64,000 nucleotides of DNA from Lytechinus pictus. Lineage: Eukaryota. A program made the position numbers and the translations under genes. Below are positions 1 to 12,900 of this stretch, piece by piece (position 1 is the first letter of the stretch; every line of letters begins with the position of its first letter). The stretch covers positions 18,540,001 to 18,604,000 of the forward strand of contig NC_087252.1 in NCBI RefSeq assembly GCF_037042905.1. The letters are read 5' to 3'. Below the pieces are notes generated by a model. It was not told the origin of the DNA. It searched no databases and was given only the letters and a program-made list of their open reading frames with translations.

Positions 1-893
1 TCAGATTTTTATATCGAAATAATAAAACATGGATTTTCTTTTTCATGTTTTCTAAATATCAACACCTACATTAAGTTCTTAATCCAAAATTGATATTGTA
101 AATAAAAAGGTAATCCAATGCGAAACACAATCAATATTATTTAATGTTTGAATCGTTTATCTTTTTTCTTTGTTATTGACAGCTCTAAATGTAAAGGTAA
201 GTCTTTTGCAAAAAATATTTATAATAATCTGTAACCATGTAGGCCTATTTGGCATTGTTAAAAAATCATTAATAAAACACATCATTCACTTTAGTTTTTC
301 TAGTTATTACCATGTGTGAACCTTATAAAAATTAGTAAAATTTGTAGTAGGTCATTATGAAGTTGTACAAGTATGACATCACACGTGTTGGTTGAATTTC
401 CAATGGGGGGATGCCCATATCATCAGTGATCACAATATTCAAATGCGCATATCGGTTCAACATTTGTAGATTTTTAAAATTGATTTTTGGTTTAATTGAT
501 TTTTGGTCTTCATCCACACATCGATTTGCCCCCCATAGTTTGACAACTTCAACAATTAATAATATGCAAAGCCAATATCCCGATATGTTTTAAAAGCAAT
601 GAAATTGTTTGGAAAGCTCTATAAAACCATTAAAGATAATACACAATGGTATTTTTTTTTCAGCGCTCAGATATTCACTTTTTGCCACCGAATCAAAACA
701 TAGACCGACACCCGTGTTTACAACAGTTTGGACTCTGACAATATTATCAGCTTTGTATATACATTGAATCAATATTAATATTCATTTACAAGAGATAAAC
801 CATGTCAATCCTTTGAAAGAAATTACTTGTGTAGAAATCTGAGTCTGTCTGCAACAGGTTAAGCAGTTGAAAACGTTAAAACTGGTACGAACT

Positions 894-954
894 ATGGCTA
901 AAAAAGCAGTTTTTATATTAGCAGGTGCCATGTTGTTAGTACAAATATTAATTG
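894..954 (+). CDS. Exon 1, signal peptide MAKKAVFILAGAMLLVQILIG
   Basis: ATG, basic n-region and hydrophobic core, then donor G|GTAAGT (phase 1). Too short for the ORF track. Confidence 0.8.
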
Positions 955-3900
955 GTAAGTAGAGGACATTATTCTTAAGTTTCTGAAGAACAGTGTTGGT
1001 CTAAATTCTTCGTTACTCAGAAAATATGAAAAAGTCCGGTGCCCCAAAAGTAAAACCTATATTCGTTAACGATTAATTGCGTTATTTTTCATAATCATTA
1101 CTATTTATTAAAATGCTGTGATACCTTATTCTTTTCAGCATTTGCATATCGTTAAAATCATTTGTATGCAGCATTGTGTGTCTAAATAGGTTAACCTCTA
1201 TAAACCAGTTATGTGAATCCAAACATTTAGTTCGTCTAAGAACAGGCTCATGTAACAGTTTTTTTCGGTGGAAACTGGGACCATTATAGCAGTTTTCTTT
1301 CAGGGGAGACGGGAAATAGGCGGGTAGGAAACACGACTGCGAGAGAGCGTGATCGAGCTTATCACGGGGTTACACGAGTGTAAAACATTTCCAATAGACT
1401 CGTATGTTAAAATTGCACTTAAAAAAAAATAAGGATGAATAATAATAATAATAATAATAATAATAGCTGGATTTATAAAGCGCTTTTTGCCTGAGGATAC
1501 AAAGCGCTGCTATTATTACCCCGGCTTTAGCTCAAGCTACAATCACCAGCGCTCAGTGCATGCAAGGAATTACTCCTGCCGGGTACCCATTCACCTCACC
1601 TGGGTCGAGTGCAGCACAGTGTAGATAAATTTCTGGCTGGGATTCGAACCCACGACCCTCTGTTTCAAAGGCGAGAATCAGAACCACTAGACCACGACGC
1701 GCCCGAATGAAATTAGAAGGTTAAATGTTTACTACCTGTGGAAAGGATATATATCTAATATTCCATATCCGAATAGGAAAGGACACCTCAACGTTTAAAA
1801 TTCAATCGGCATATATGAACATATCTCCTGACGGAATCAAATTCATCTCCTGAAGCAGTAAAAAGCGATAATTCTTCCGCCCGTCAAAATAGTTCTAAAG
1901 TAATTGATGTTTCTTCTTAATTCAGGCAAAGAAAGTTTAGTTCAGGTGCCCTAGAATCAGTGTTAGATGACCAACCACATTCATACTCCTTTGTCAATCA
2001 GCTATATCAAATAAACAACCTTAATAAATGGGTTGACTCTATGATAAATATATTTGGCCTTCCTTTTGTAAATATGAGCTCGTTCGACCACAGGAAATTT
2101 TTTTTTAATGAAATTCAATGAAAAATCAACGACTATTGTCTTTATGTAACAATATTTAAGCATTAATTATGTTGATATTCAGTCATATATTGTGTAAAAA
2201 GGTTACACTTCGTAATTCTGAAGGTTCGTAATTCCGAAGGTTCGGAATTCCGAAACACCTAAATTGTCTATACCTCGATGTTCGTTCATCTGAAAACAAA
2301 ATAAAGTTCGTTAATTTGAAAACGAAATAAGGTTCGTTGTTCCGAAGGTTCGTTAATCCGAAAACGAAATAAGGTTTGTTGTTCCGAAGGTTCGTTAGTC
2401 CGAATACGAACTAGGGTTCGTTAATCATTTCGTTTTCAGACTAACGAACCTTCGGAATTACGAACCTCATTTCGTTTTTGGATTAACGAACCTTCGGAAT
2501 TACGAACCTCATTTCGTTTTCGGACTAACGAACCTTCGGAGTTACGAACCTCATTTCGTTTTCGGACTAACGAACCTTCGGAATTACGAACCTTCGGAAT
2601 TACGAACGTTCGGAATAACGAACCTTCGGAATATCCGAACCTTCGGAATAACGAAGCTTCGGAATTACGAATGTATGCGATGTTAAAGGTATATTATGTT
2701 AATCAATAGCGGAACATTGTGGAAGGGTGATAAATCTTTTTTTCTTCTTCTTCCTCTTTTTTCCTTCTCCTTTGTGTCTTTTTTGTCCTATTCCCCCTAT
2801 ATCCCTATTTCATTGTGTGTGTGTGTGTGTGTTGGGGGAGGGGGTACGAAAAAATATGTTTACCCCAGTCCCCCCCCCCTTGTTGGATGGCAAGAACCAC
2901 AGTCGACAAAACTGTACAGAACTAAAATACAGAGTTGAAGACTTCATCAATTTCCTATTCCCAGGACGTGGTACATCTAACGAATTACCTGACGCTGGAG
3001 TAGACACCGAACTGAAGAAAACCCTGATAAAGGGCAACTTGGGGATATTGACATGTCGTTTCTCTGGATCTCCTTATGCGGTCTTCTGGAAGAAAGGATA
3101 TGACATCTGGACCTCACCGACCCTTATACAATGGACACCTGAAGACAAAACGACTGGTCCTAGGTATGACGACGGAAGCTGTGACATGGACGAAAACTAC
3201 TCTCTGATCATCAAATATGTAAATCAAACAGATAGAGGGCGCTTCATTTGTTTGGTTTCTAACGAGGATGGGATTCTTGTTGACAACTACACAGATGTCA
3301 CAGTTTCAGGTAACTTTGTTTTTGTTTCTAATTATGCTTTTTATTGCCGATGCAGACTGCGGATGCCAAAACAGGACACTGGGAATGATTTCGTGTACAA
3401 AAATGATGACAACTGTCAAAATTATAAGGTACCTTGGTACCTTGCTGTAAATTTCTTTGTCACATTGAAAGTCTCCTGTCTTCACTTGAAAATAATAATT
3501 GGGGGAAGGTCTGTCGGTAGGTGTATGCTCTGCGAAACAACTTGAGAGGGATCCTATAAATTGCTTTAGGTTGTTTCAATTTTTCTTTAAAAATTGGTTA
3601 TTTATTTTTTTGGTCTCTTAAGATTTGAAACTATTTAATTCTTCATAGATGTTGCCTTGGAGATGGAATCTTCCGTCAAGCTTGAAGTGGGCCAATCCGG
3701 GAGAGTTCCATGTCGAGTGAAAATCAGACCAAAGAAGGTTTCCTGGGTCACAAGCAGTGGTGAGGCCCTCGTCTTCATCGATTTGTCTAACAGTGTCATT
3801 ACCAGAGGTGGATCTGGTTATGAACAAAACATGTTCAACATCAGCAGGGAGTATTCATTGGTAATTTACAATGTAACGATACAAAACGAAGGTCTCTATC

Positions 3901-6900
3901 TCTGTGTGGTTGCTGATCGTGACACAGGAACTTCATACGATGATTCTACAGCACTTGATGTTTTCAGTAAGTCCTGGATATGTGAATACATTCTTTCTAT
4001 TTGTTTTATAAACAATTGCACACCCAGTTAGCAATAATGCATATAGCAATCCCATTTATTTGAAAGCAGGATAAAAGAGCATCGTAGATTAAATGCTTTA
4101 CTCAAGGGCATAGGTGCCGCGGCCGGGGATCGAACCCAAGACTTTTCATGTTTAGCCAGGCGCCTTAGACCACTCGGCAATGGCACCTCCACACTTTCAA
4201 TTCTATTGAAAATTTAAATATACTGTTCGTAATCACATTAAAAAAAGACAAGGTCAATCCGTATTTAGTGACAGTAATTCATCTTCTCTTGAAAAGGAAC
4301 CTCCTAAAGCCGAATTAGGTGCATTATGGATAACCAAACATAACAATTGTGTTCTATAGTGCGTATAAAAAAAAAGTTTACACTTGGGAAAAGCCCTGGG
4401 AATTAAAAAAAGATACAACATGTGGGTAATTTTTTTAAACATATAATCTTGGGTTTGGGTGTCATCTATCCAATGAAAGTAAATGTTTTGACAGAATGTT
4501 GCACTTTAGTGAGCATTGTCCATTTTTGCAAAGCTCGCAGAAATCTGTTTGCGCAGAAATGCTCGTTTTCACGCTGTGTCAAGGGGAAAGGGCGAAATCA
4601 AACTTACCTCGCGAAAAACTTCTCATACATTTCCCTTACACTTTTAGTCAATTGAACTAAAATGGATACATTCAGGCATTTTGTAACATTTTTGCCACCC
4701 AATTTGAAATTTCGACACTTATTAAGCACAACCTTTACCCTTTTTGTGCCAGCTGGATCTGAGGACATAACTAAATCTGAACAAAGTTTATATCAGACAT
4801 CTCCAGCATTTTGTTCACTAAGTTTTTGTCATTTAAAGTGGGTTTACATTTAATTTTTCATTTAATACTTGTTTCTCCACACTTTTTCCAAGCTTGGCAA
4901 TGATTAACAAAATGAAAATCAAGCCCAAGCCATTTCATGTAAATCACAGCTTAGTGTAAAGCAAATATCATCACGATGGCCTCAATGTGTGGGGGAGTGG
5001 GGTGGGGCGCAATGCACTCTTCGAAGTGCTTTGGGCAAGGAAACAAGTTTTAAACAGTTAAAGATATATCTTCAAATCAATTTTACTAGCTAAATTCCAC
5101 GTCTTCTTCATGATTAAGGTCTACTTTTATTCGCATAACTATTTCAAAGTTCTGCGCAAATCATTTTTCACTAACTTTTCAAAAGAAAGTGGTGCTCACT
5201 CAAGCGGAAATATTTTTCGACAGTTGTATAATCATTTGCTTTATAAATCGATCTGTACCATTGATAAAATGTGGAAAATTCTTCGGAATATTACAAATGT
5301 ATAATTTTACAGGATTTTTTCTAAGTGTAATTTTTTTTTTGATAAGCACTGTAGTTTAAAACCCACTCAATTATTCAAAGAGAAAGAGAGAGAGAGAGAG
5401 GGGGGGGGGGGGGTAGCATTAGAATGAAAGTCCTAAAAATACTTTCAGGCATGACCATACTTCATTCATTTGCCAAATATTCTTCATAGCTTATCCGATG
5501 GAGCCGTTTCCTTTGATCAAAGAGTGTCCAGAGGGAGATCATGAGATCTCGTCTTGTACTCTTCGAATCGGTTCTCAAACAATGTTGACATGTGAAGTGA
5601 GGGGATACTACCCACATATTGACCTGTTCTTCATGCACGGATCATTAAGAGTTGACTCTCTGGAAACATTAGTTTGGAATAACACCGATGGAACACGAAA
5701 TAAACGCATCTTGACAGAATTAGATGGGAAAGCAGAAACACTCTTTGAATGTGTTGCATCAGGATTGGTTGGGCAAGCTGGAGACAGAACAATGATAGTT
5801 CACTTGATCAGGGAGGATCACAAGGGTCGACTTGTAGTAGCAGCTGTTGTCCGTACACTTGATTGGTAGGGCATGTACATGATATATTTTTGAGAATTGA
5901 CAATTAGGTTATGGGAATAATCGTAGGGCATTTCCATGCTGATGCATTACATGAATAAGTCGGCATACCTGACATAATTCAGAATGGAAAATATGCCCAA
6001 ATAAGAGTATTCTTTGTATAGTGATAGTTGTCGGTATTGTCACTTCTTCATGTTCATGAGATCAGCACAATTACACCCATACGAAACTGACTACTCAGAC
6101 AAAAAAAAATCCAAGTGCCCAAAACTCTGTTACTGCCTCTAATGTCAAACTAGTCGATCATCAAGATTCGTGATCTGTCATCCCATGCATCCTATTCACT
6201 GTTCAATAGTGGAGCGGTTATGTGACAAAAAATGGCCAAGATGCTCGGATCTGGCAGAAAGTGTAAAAATTGGTATACATGGGTATTTTGGGGCGCTGAT
6301 TTCAAATATTGCCGGCCCCAAGCGATTTGACCATCGGGTCGGCCGCCATTTTGAAATCCAAGATGGCCGCCATGAGAAATCTTTAATGTCATTTTCATGA
6401 GTTTTACATGACGTGTGACACTGAAATTTGGCATATAGGGGTATTTTGAGGCACTGATTTCAAATATTGCCGGCCCCCAGCAATTTGACAATTTGGTCGG
6501 CCGCAAAATGGCCGCCATTTTGAAATCCAAGATGGCCACCATGAAAAATCATTAAATGTCATTTTCTTGAGTTTTACATGATAGGCGACAATGAAATTTG
6601 GCATATAGGGGTATTTTGAGGCACTGATGTCAAATATTGCCTGCCCCCAGCAATTTGACCTCCAGGTCAGCAGCAAAACGGCCGCCATCTTAAAATCCAA
6701 GATGGCCGCGTTGAAAGATAATTTGCTCAAGTCTTACGTATGGCCTGTAACACTTAAAATTTTGAAAAAAACTTGATCTTTGCATCCTTGATCAATGAAA
6801 AGAACATAGTAAATAGATGATATTTTGAATTCCAATATGGTTACCAAGTTTGAATGATGTTCAACATTATAATGGTGAGTAATATATGTATCATCAGTCA

Positions 6901-9900
6901 AAAGAGAAGAAAATAAGCTTTCTTTTGGCGTCCGAGTTGCTTTCTACTCGTGTGTTAAGTTCGACGGCATCGCCCACAACTGAGATTTCCCTGTGATCTC
7001 CATAGACTTCTCTCGAATCCAGTAATGTTCATCCAATTTATGGCAGCCATCTTGAAATCAAAGATGGCTGCCATAAAAAAATCATTAAACAAAATCAAGT
7101 ATCATAATTATAATGTAGGTATTATTTTGACATCTGGCATTTTTGGATAATCATCGTGTGTTCGACAATCTGACAATGGGAGCATGTTCGCCTCTCAATC
7201 GGGAGATCGGGAGTTCAAGCTCCGACAGCATCAGACCAAAAGATGTTAGAAAAGGGGAGCTGCTCCTAACCTGTTTGGCGGTCAACGAATTAAAGGGGAA
7301 GTTCAACCTGACAAAAAGTTTATTGAAACAATAACAGAATAAGTAATGAAAAAAAATATTGAAGGTTTGAGGAAATTCCATCAAATATTTAAAAAGCTAT
7401 TGGAATTTCATTTGGTGCGTTTGTGACGTCAGATGCAAGCAGTTCCCCCATGTTTCTTATAGTACAAAAATCGATGAAATGTAGCCTCCTCAAAAAAATG
7501 AAATGTTTTTTTATTGGACCCTCAGTATATCAACAAACAAATGATTTCACACCCGCTCCAGGAAGAAAAAAAAATACCCATGATGAACCATTTATGCATT
7601 TTATATCACGCAACATAATGGGAAAGCTGCTCGTACAGTAGCCTATATGACGTCACAAATCAAAACTTAAAATTCTAATATCTTTGATGGATCCACCAAT
7701 ATCTTTTTTATATCATATTTTCTTTTGTTTTTACAACAAACTTTTCTCTGGGGTGTACTCCCTTTTTAAAGGATAGAGCAACGTCCGATGTCGCGCTGCT
7801 AAGTTGCTGCCGGGCTCACGATCTACAGGGTATGGGCAAAATAAATTTTCGGAGCATTTCTGTTACTGAATTCTATTTTGAACAATAAAATATGTATTAT
7901 TATCATCCATTATTAATATTAATTTCATTTCATCGTCATCATCATCATCATCATCATACTACTATATAACCATCAGTACTTCAAGTCTGGAGCAGTTTTC
8001 TTCATGTTGATTTGTAATAAAATATTGCAATTATTGGAGCAATATTCTAAAACCAGCGGGCCAAAATCCTGCCTGTATTTCTAAAATGCAGTGCCTCAAA
8101 TTGTTTAAAACCAAGAAAATTATTTTAATGAATTTTCATGACAGTCTACCCTCTCTAGATTTCAAGATGGTGGCCATTTTGCAGCATATCTGTTGGACAG
8201 ATTACTGGGGGCAATTTCAATATCCCTAGATGCCAAACTTTAAAATAATAAGTTACGTGATACTAGATAAAGTGATTTTTTTTCAATGATCTTTTTCATG
8301 GCAGCCATCTTGGATTTCAAGATGGCTGACATTTTGCCTCTGACTCAGGATCAGATCGCTGAGGGCCAGCAATATTTGAAATAAGCACCCCACACTCCAT
8401 CGATTTGTCCAAGTGCAATAATGCAGATCATATAAAACTCAAAGAAATAATTTAAAGCCTCTCAACAGAAAATGATTGTTCCGGATGGTTATTATTCAAC
8501 CAAAGCCACTTCAAATGTGTAACTGCAGAAGAAGCTAGCTGGTTTGTGTATTTATGGTGCTTCATACTTACGTAACATCTATATCAGCAATTAAGGATGC
8601 CAAATTCCTTGCAATGGACAAAGATGTGGTTGTGTTGGATTTGTTTTCAGTGCCAATGCAATGGGTTTGACTCACCATTATAATGTTGAACATCATTTAA
8701 ACTTGGTAACCATATTGGAATTCAAAATAGCATCTATTTACTATGTTCTTTTCATCGATCAAGGATGCAAAGATCAAGTTTTTTTTCCAAATTTAAAGTG
8801 TTACAGGCCATACGTAAGACTTGAGCAAATTATCTTTCATGGCGGCCATCTTGGATTTTAAGATGGCGGCCGTTTTGCTGCTGACCTGGAGGTCAAATTG
8901 CTGGGGGCCGGCAATATTTGACATCAGTGCCTCAAAATACCCCTACATGCCAAATTTCAGTGTCGCCTATCATGTAAAACTCAAGAAAATGACATTTAAT
9001 GATTTTTCATGGCGGCCATCTTGGATTTCAAAATGGCGGCCATTTTGCCGCCGACCAAATTGTCAAATTGCTGGGGGCCAGCAATATTTGAAATCAGTGC
9101 CTCAAAATACCCCTTTATGCCAAATTTCAGTGTCACATGACATGAAAAACTCAAGAAAATGACATTTAATGATTTTTCATGGCGGCCATCTTGGATTTCA
9201 AAATGGCGGCCGACCCGATGGTCAAATCACTTGGGGCCGGCAATATTTGAAATCAGCACCCCAAATTAAGCCTATATGCCAAATTTCAATACCGCAGTTC
9301 ATATAAAACTTGAGAAAATGATTGCAAAAAATATCATGGCGGCCATCTTGGATTCCAAGATGGCGGCCATTTTGCCGCCGGCCAAATGGTCAAATTGCTG
9401 GGGGCCGGCAATATTTGAAATCAGTGCCTCAAAATACCCCTATATGCCAAATTTCAGTGTCACATGCCATGTAAAACTCAAGAAAATGACATTTAATGAT
9501 TTTTCATGGCGGCCATCTTGGATTTCAGAATGGCGGCCGACCCAATGGTCAAATCGCTTGGGGCCGGCAATTTTTGAAATCAGCGCCCAAAAATACCCCT
9601 GTATGCCAAATTTCACACTTTCTGCCAAATCCGAGCATCTTTTTCACATATCTACTGGACTACAACCCATGTTGTCAATTAGATAATCGCCGACGGATAG
9701 AAATGTATAACTAGAAGCGACGATTGAAAGAAAGACAATGGAGAAAAGCTAAGTCTGGCTATGATCTAAATGCTTTTCAGACGTCTAGAAATAATTTGTA
9801 ATTAATAAGGCGAATTCTATATAAGTATTCCACCGACTGTATCACTGGTAATAGTTTAAATCAAAAGGACCTATGTACCAAAGTCCTTGTTGAGCATGAC

Positions 9901-12900
9901 AGTAGAGGATCTTGTTACACCTCATTGAGTTGATAACTAAATTATCAATGAGCAAGGAGACCTTTTTAGCTAAAGGTATTAATAATCAATTTTATTTTTG
10001 AAGAGCTCAATTGCAAAAGGGGTTAAATCAATTTTTCATCATTTTTTATATTGTATAGATTTTTAGTAGCTCTACAGTTCGTATCAAAACACACACAAAA
10101 AAAAACCGGGACAGTTTTGAAAAGTCTATCAAAATTTTGTTTCAAATTATGATGTCTACATTTTGATATTTTTTATGTTAATAGATGCTCTGATGTATAA
10201 GCTTCGTTCATGCTTGAGGGAACACACGACGTTTTTGTGAGGGATTAAAAAAAAGGCTTGCGCCAAATGCCAGAAAATCATAAAATATTGATCATCAGAC
10301 TCCTTGCTAGTTTTCATTCAATTTGGCGCAAGCCTTTTTTGGATCCCTCACAAAAGTGTTCCGTGTTAGCTCAAGCATGAACGAAACCGATATTTCGTAA
10401 TGGCATTTGAAAGATAAGCCCCCAGATCATCTTTTAACAACATAGACATCATGATTAGAAACAAAATTTTGACAGACTTTTCAAAACTGTCCCGTTTTTT
10501 TTTGGATACGCTCTGTAGAAGATGATATAAAAAGTTGAAATTCCCATTAAAAAGTGAACAAAAATGGCAAAGATTTTGTTTTTCAAAAGGGGTTATATCA
10601 ATTTCAGTTTGTTTGCAAAAGGGGCTAGATCAATATACGTAACTTTGAGGAAAGATTATGAAGCCAGGCAGATTTATTCTATACCCAATTTATGTTCATA
10701 TAGTAGGGTATCATGACAATTAATTTCGGATAAGAATATTACAATATGGGGGAATAGAAAAAATATGACTTTTTTTTCTTGGAATGTTCTAGACAGGACC
10801 TAACCCTTTTTGCAATGTATAGATTTTTAGTCACTCTGATGATAGGAAAGAAAAGTTAAAATTCCAATTAAAACGTGATTACAAATGACAAAGATTTTTT
10901 TTTATTCAAAGGGGTTAGATCCATTTCAGTTTGTTTGAAAAAGGGGCTAGATCCTCAGTGGTAATTAAAAAAATGGGCATTCCTCAAAGTTCTCGGCTCA
11001 AATCCCTCCTTTCCCTCAATATTGTGATAGGATTTTCTCGTCATCAAAGCATATTCTCACAAGGAAACTTGTCACTGTTATGCATATGACAATCAATCAT
11101 TCATTTCCTACAGCCTAGTCAGGGGACATGAATAGCCATGTAGATTGTGTTGAGCAGTTAGTTGAGACACAATAATAGCAAAACTGGGTTTCTTATCATT
11201 TGGAACACCTATTTAAGCGCAAAAACTAAACACAAATTGGATAACAGTTTGAAACACTCAAGTAATCTATGACCTTGGTGACTGGCTTGATTCGCAAATG
11301 CAGTTTAACATGGAAACTCGCATATCTCGGGTAAATAGATATCAGGTACGGTACAATTAAAATGCAGGTGACGGACTCATCTGTAATTTTCCTAAAATTT
11401 CCCATTTAAGGCCCCCTTTTCACGATGATTGGGACCTTTCGCAATCCTCACGGACGCTAATATTAGGGTCCCCTAACACGAAAGTTAACGCTTAATCATA
11501 CACTTGATTTTTAAGATTGATTGTGCATTATAGTCAATAGAATCAAACGTAGAAAACTGCTCTACAATCAATGCTAAGCTTTGTGTTACAGGGGGGTTAC
11601 AGGCCCTACAGATCTGCTTTTCGAGTGCAAAATTCTTTTCCGCGACACCCGCACCATACATGCATGTATATTACGACTGATGGCGGGAGATATTCGAAAT
11701 GCAGGACCTAAAATAGATTATGACATGGATAAGAAAGTGGTTTTTCAAACAAATCGAGTACATATTGAGGGAGGAAAAACTTACTGAATGAAGGCTTAGA
11801 TATAGATCATTACAGTCCATCGAATTGATATTACATTTAATGTGGATTATTGGTGGATCACTGGCAATTGATTTCATGGGTCAGATCAACCTCTCCAGCC
11901 GAATATTTCGCTTGCGTTGTTATGTGCACAGCATATGCAATACGTTTGAACTCGTTTCTTTTTTTTGGTTTCTTTTGCTTACTCCTTCTACACAAACGAT
12001 ATGCCTCTCGCACACGATGTAATGGGCATTATGTTTTACTTTCCACAGAAATGGGGGATTTTTAGATTCAAATTCCGGGGGGACCACTTCCATTGATGAG
12101 TGGATACCAGGCACGACCATGCAGTTTCGAAAAGTACCCTAAACAAGGGAAGCAATTATTTTCCAGATTATGAAAATGCATCTCTTAACAAGTATTTGGC
12201 TTGTGAAACCCTACAAGTATTGGATATATATATTTTTTTCAGCATTTTTAAACATCGTTTTGACACCCTTATAACGTTACATAGACCTATACATGTACGT
12301 AACGTATTTGCCCACTCTGTCCCCTTTTACGCCTGGTCGCTCCTGGTATCCACTAATCAATGGAAGTGGCCCCCCCCCCCGCCGGCGGCGAAATTATTTT
12401 TCCCACCGAGTTCTGGACCAACATATGAATATTCATGACTTGCGTCTTCGGTTTGAGAGTACGCATGCGCGTGGACTTCGACCTCGACCTCGACCAGCTA
12501 GTGCCGGTCGTAAGCATTCACGTTGCTTAGAATGAATTAGCATCGTCAAATTACCGGTACCCTTAAGGACGTTGCACAGTTATGTTTGTGCGCATTATGA
12601 TCTGCGCATAGTTTACACTCTACGCGCTGACGTCACAATGAATGAACAGGTGATTAATTAGCTCTGGGTTTGAAGCTGATTTTTCTCATCTCCTGCACTT
12701 TAACTGCAGATCTGATGTGTTATTTCATGAAGCTAAAAATTGAATTATTCCATTAACCATTCAAAAAATAAATTCTCTACGATTTCAAAATACTTTACTC
12801 TGCAGTGCTGCCAAGAATCACGAATATTACCCCGAGATCGAATAAATGATAGAGTGGTTTTGATTTTTTCTTCACATAGATACAAAGCATTCGGCGCATT

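Noticed and set aside
2206..2673. CRISPR-like short repeat array
   Set aside because: No unique spacers, orientation inverts mid-array, and the context is a eukaryotic intron.
6192..9714. ORFs with repeated MAAILDFKMAA
   Set aside because: Translations of the palindromic repeat unit on both strands of a foldback element; no domain signal.
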